A stretch of 64,000 bases of DNA, from the NCBI GenBank assembly GCA_951406725.2, contig OX597835.1, forward strand, positions 41,106,001-41,170,000, given 5' to 3'. Below, in pieces: positions 63,503 through 64,000 of the stretch; position 1 is the stretch's first letter, and each line of letters begins with the position of its first letter. This DNA comes from Octopus vulgaris. Taxonomy: Eukaryota. The translations under genes were made by a program, and so were the position numbers. The notes under the pieces were generated by a model, which worked only from the letters and a program-made list of their open reading frames with translations, was not told the origin of the DNA and did no database searches.

Positions 63503-64000
63503 CTGTGCTTGTCCCCCCAACATCGCTTGATAACCGATGCTGGTGTGTTTATGTCCCCATAACTTAGTGGTTTGACAAAAGAGACCGATAGGATAAGTAC
63601 TAGGCTTACAAAAAATAAGTCCTGGGGTCGATTTGCTCGACTAAAAGGCGGTGCTCCAGCATGGCCACAGTCAAATGACTGAAACAAGTTAAAGAGTAAA
63701 AGACAGACTGATATAGAAAACTGCTTTCTGCAGTTAAGGGCAATGAAATTTTGCAAGGATTTATCTTGATTTCTGCAGTAAACGGATTAAATTGCATGGC
63801 TTTGAAGTGGATTTCTTAATCAGTTGGCAATCCCTGCAATTATACGAGAAAGTCACAAAAGAAAAGAACTGTTGTCTTGGGTCAATCAAAGAATTCCATC
63901 ATGAATCTGAGACTTCTGTGACTGTAAAAAACATTCCCAAACTGGGCAGAGAATCAGTTAAAACTAATTCTCCGCAGCTTCCAGAAAATATTGTGAGTCA

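Overview
AT-rich, microsatellite- and transposon-dense animal genomic DNA. The repeat families look like an octopus/coleoid cephalopod genome; this is recognised from memory, not database-checked. One host gene is clearly supported: the last 10 coding exons (+ strand, 2541-17682, about 717 codons plus stop) of a USP16/USP45-family deubiquitinase. All junctions are GT-AG and in phase; the N-terminal ZnF-UBP and Cys-box exons lie upstream of the window. The rest is a mosaic of tRNA-derived SINEs (CORE-like, Meta-like, V-like), CR1 and RTE LINE remnants, a decayed hAT transposon with nested inserts, piggyBac-type MITEs, non-autonomous Helitrons, foldbacks and simple repeats. Almost all long ORFs in the supplied track are repeat artefacts. 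The most notable unexplained structure is a set of type-I hammerhead ribozyme motifs of the minimal, dimer-type Penelope-like kind (16112-16203, 30884-30928, 31160-31205, 47361-47419, weakly 10391-10430). One pair sits in a 437-bp TSD-bounded element that joins a tRNA-like Pol III head to inverted hammerhead-bearing arms, a candidate Penelope-mobilised SINE/retrozyme. Also notable are a tandem pseudoknot array in the RTE 3' region and flip/flop Helitron terminal hairpins. Coordinates were counted by hand: exon and TSD positions are exact, repeat boundaries are approximate.
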